DNA of 62,650 nt, counting the filler, from Sphacelaria rigidula (lineage: Eukaryota): the NCBI GenBank assembly GCA_964200075.2. It is 11 parts of 11 records of this genome, joined end to end, with 100 filler letters (N's around TTAATTAATTAA, not from the genome) between each part and the next. Parts side by side here need not be neighbours in the genome. Positions count along the whole stretch, not along the records: positions 57,047 to 62,650 come from CAXNAA020025942.1; 10 more parts are not named here. One strand, written 5' to 3'. Below the pieces are notes generated by a model, which was not told the DNA's origin, did no database searches, and saw only the letters and a program-made list of their open reading frames with translations. Positions 62,591 to 62,650 of the stretch are shown piece by piece. Every line of letters starts with the position of its first letter. The first letter of the stretch is position 1. Both the position numbers and the translations under genes were made by a program.

Positions 62591-62650
62591 CCTCCACACA
62601 CAAAAACCCACTAAAAACACACACAAATCAACGAACAAAAAAACATAAAA

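Overview
This window is not one locus. It is 11 unrelated, size-sorted scaffolds (six of 5605 bp, then five of 5604 bp) joined by ten identical artificial 100-nt linkers (N44-TTAATTAATTAA-N44), so no synteny can be inferred across linkers. The DNA is eukaryotic and intron-rich. A brown alga (Phaeophyceae) is most likely; this is an inference from exon/intron style and from the RTE-LINE and tRNA-SINE families. Four partial spliced genes have consistent intron phases: two ankyrin-repeat genes, an NADP-dependent alkenal/prostaglandin-reductase-like gene with a GC-AG intron, and a NOVA/BTR1-like KH-domain gene. Two isolated exons of unknown genes are also present. The rest is mobile DNA and repeats: a decayed Ty1/copia 5' end nested in another LTR element, an RTE-type LINE relic, two tRNA-derived SINE families, several MITE families, a high-copy poly-C-ended repeat pair, and 21-, 43- and ~210-bp tandem arrays. 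I found no convincing new multi-gene system. The best leads are an intronic ~550-nt foldback (small-RNA candidate), a palindromic 43-bp intronic array, the poly-C-ended repeat pair with a chimeric copy, and the ~210-bp satellite with an open frame. No databases were searched.
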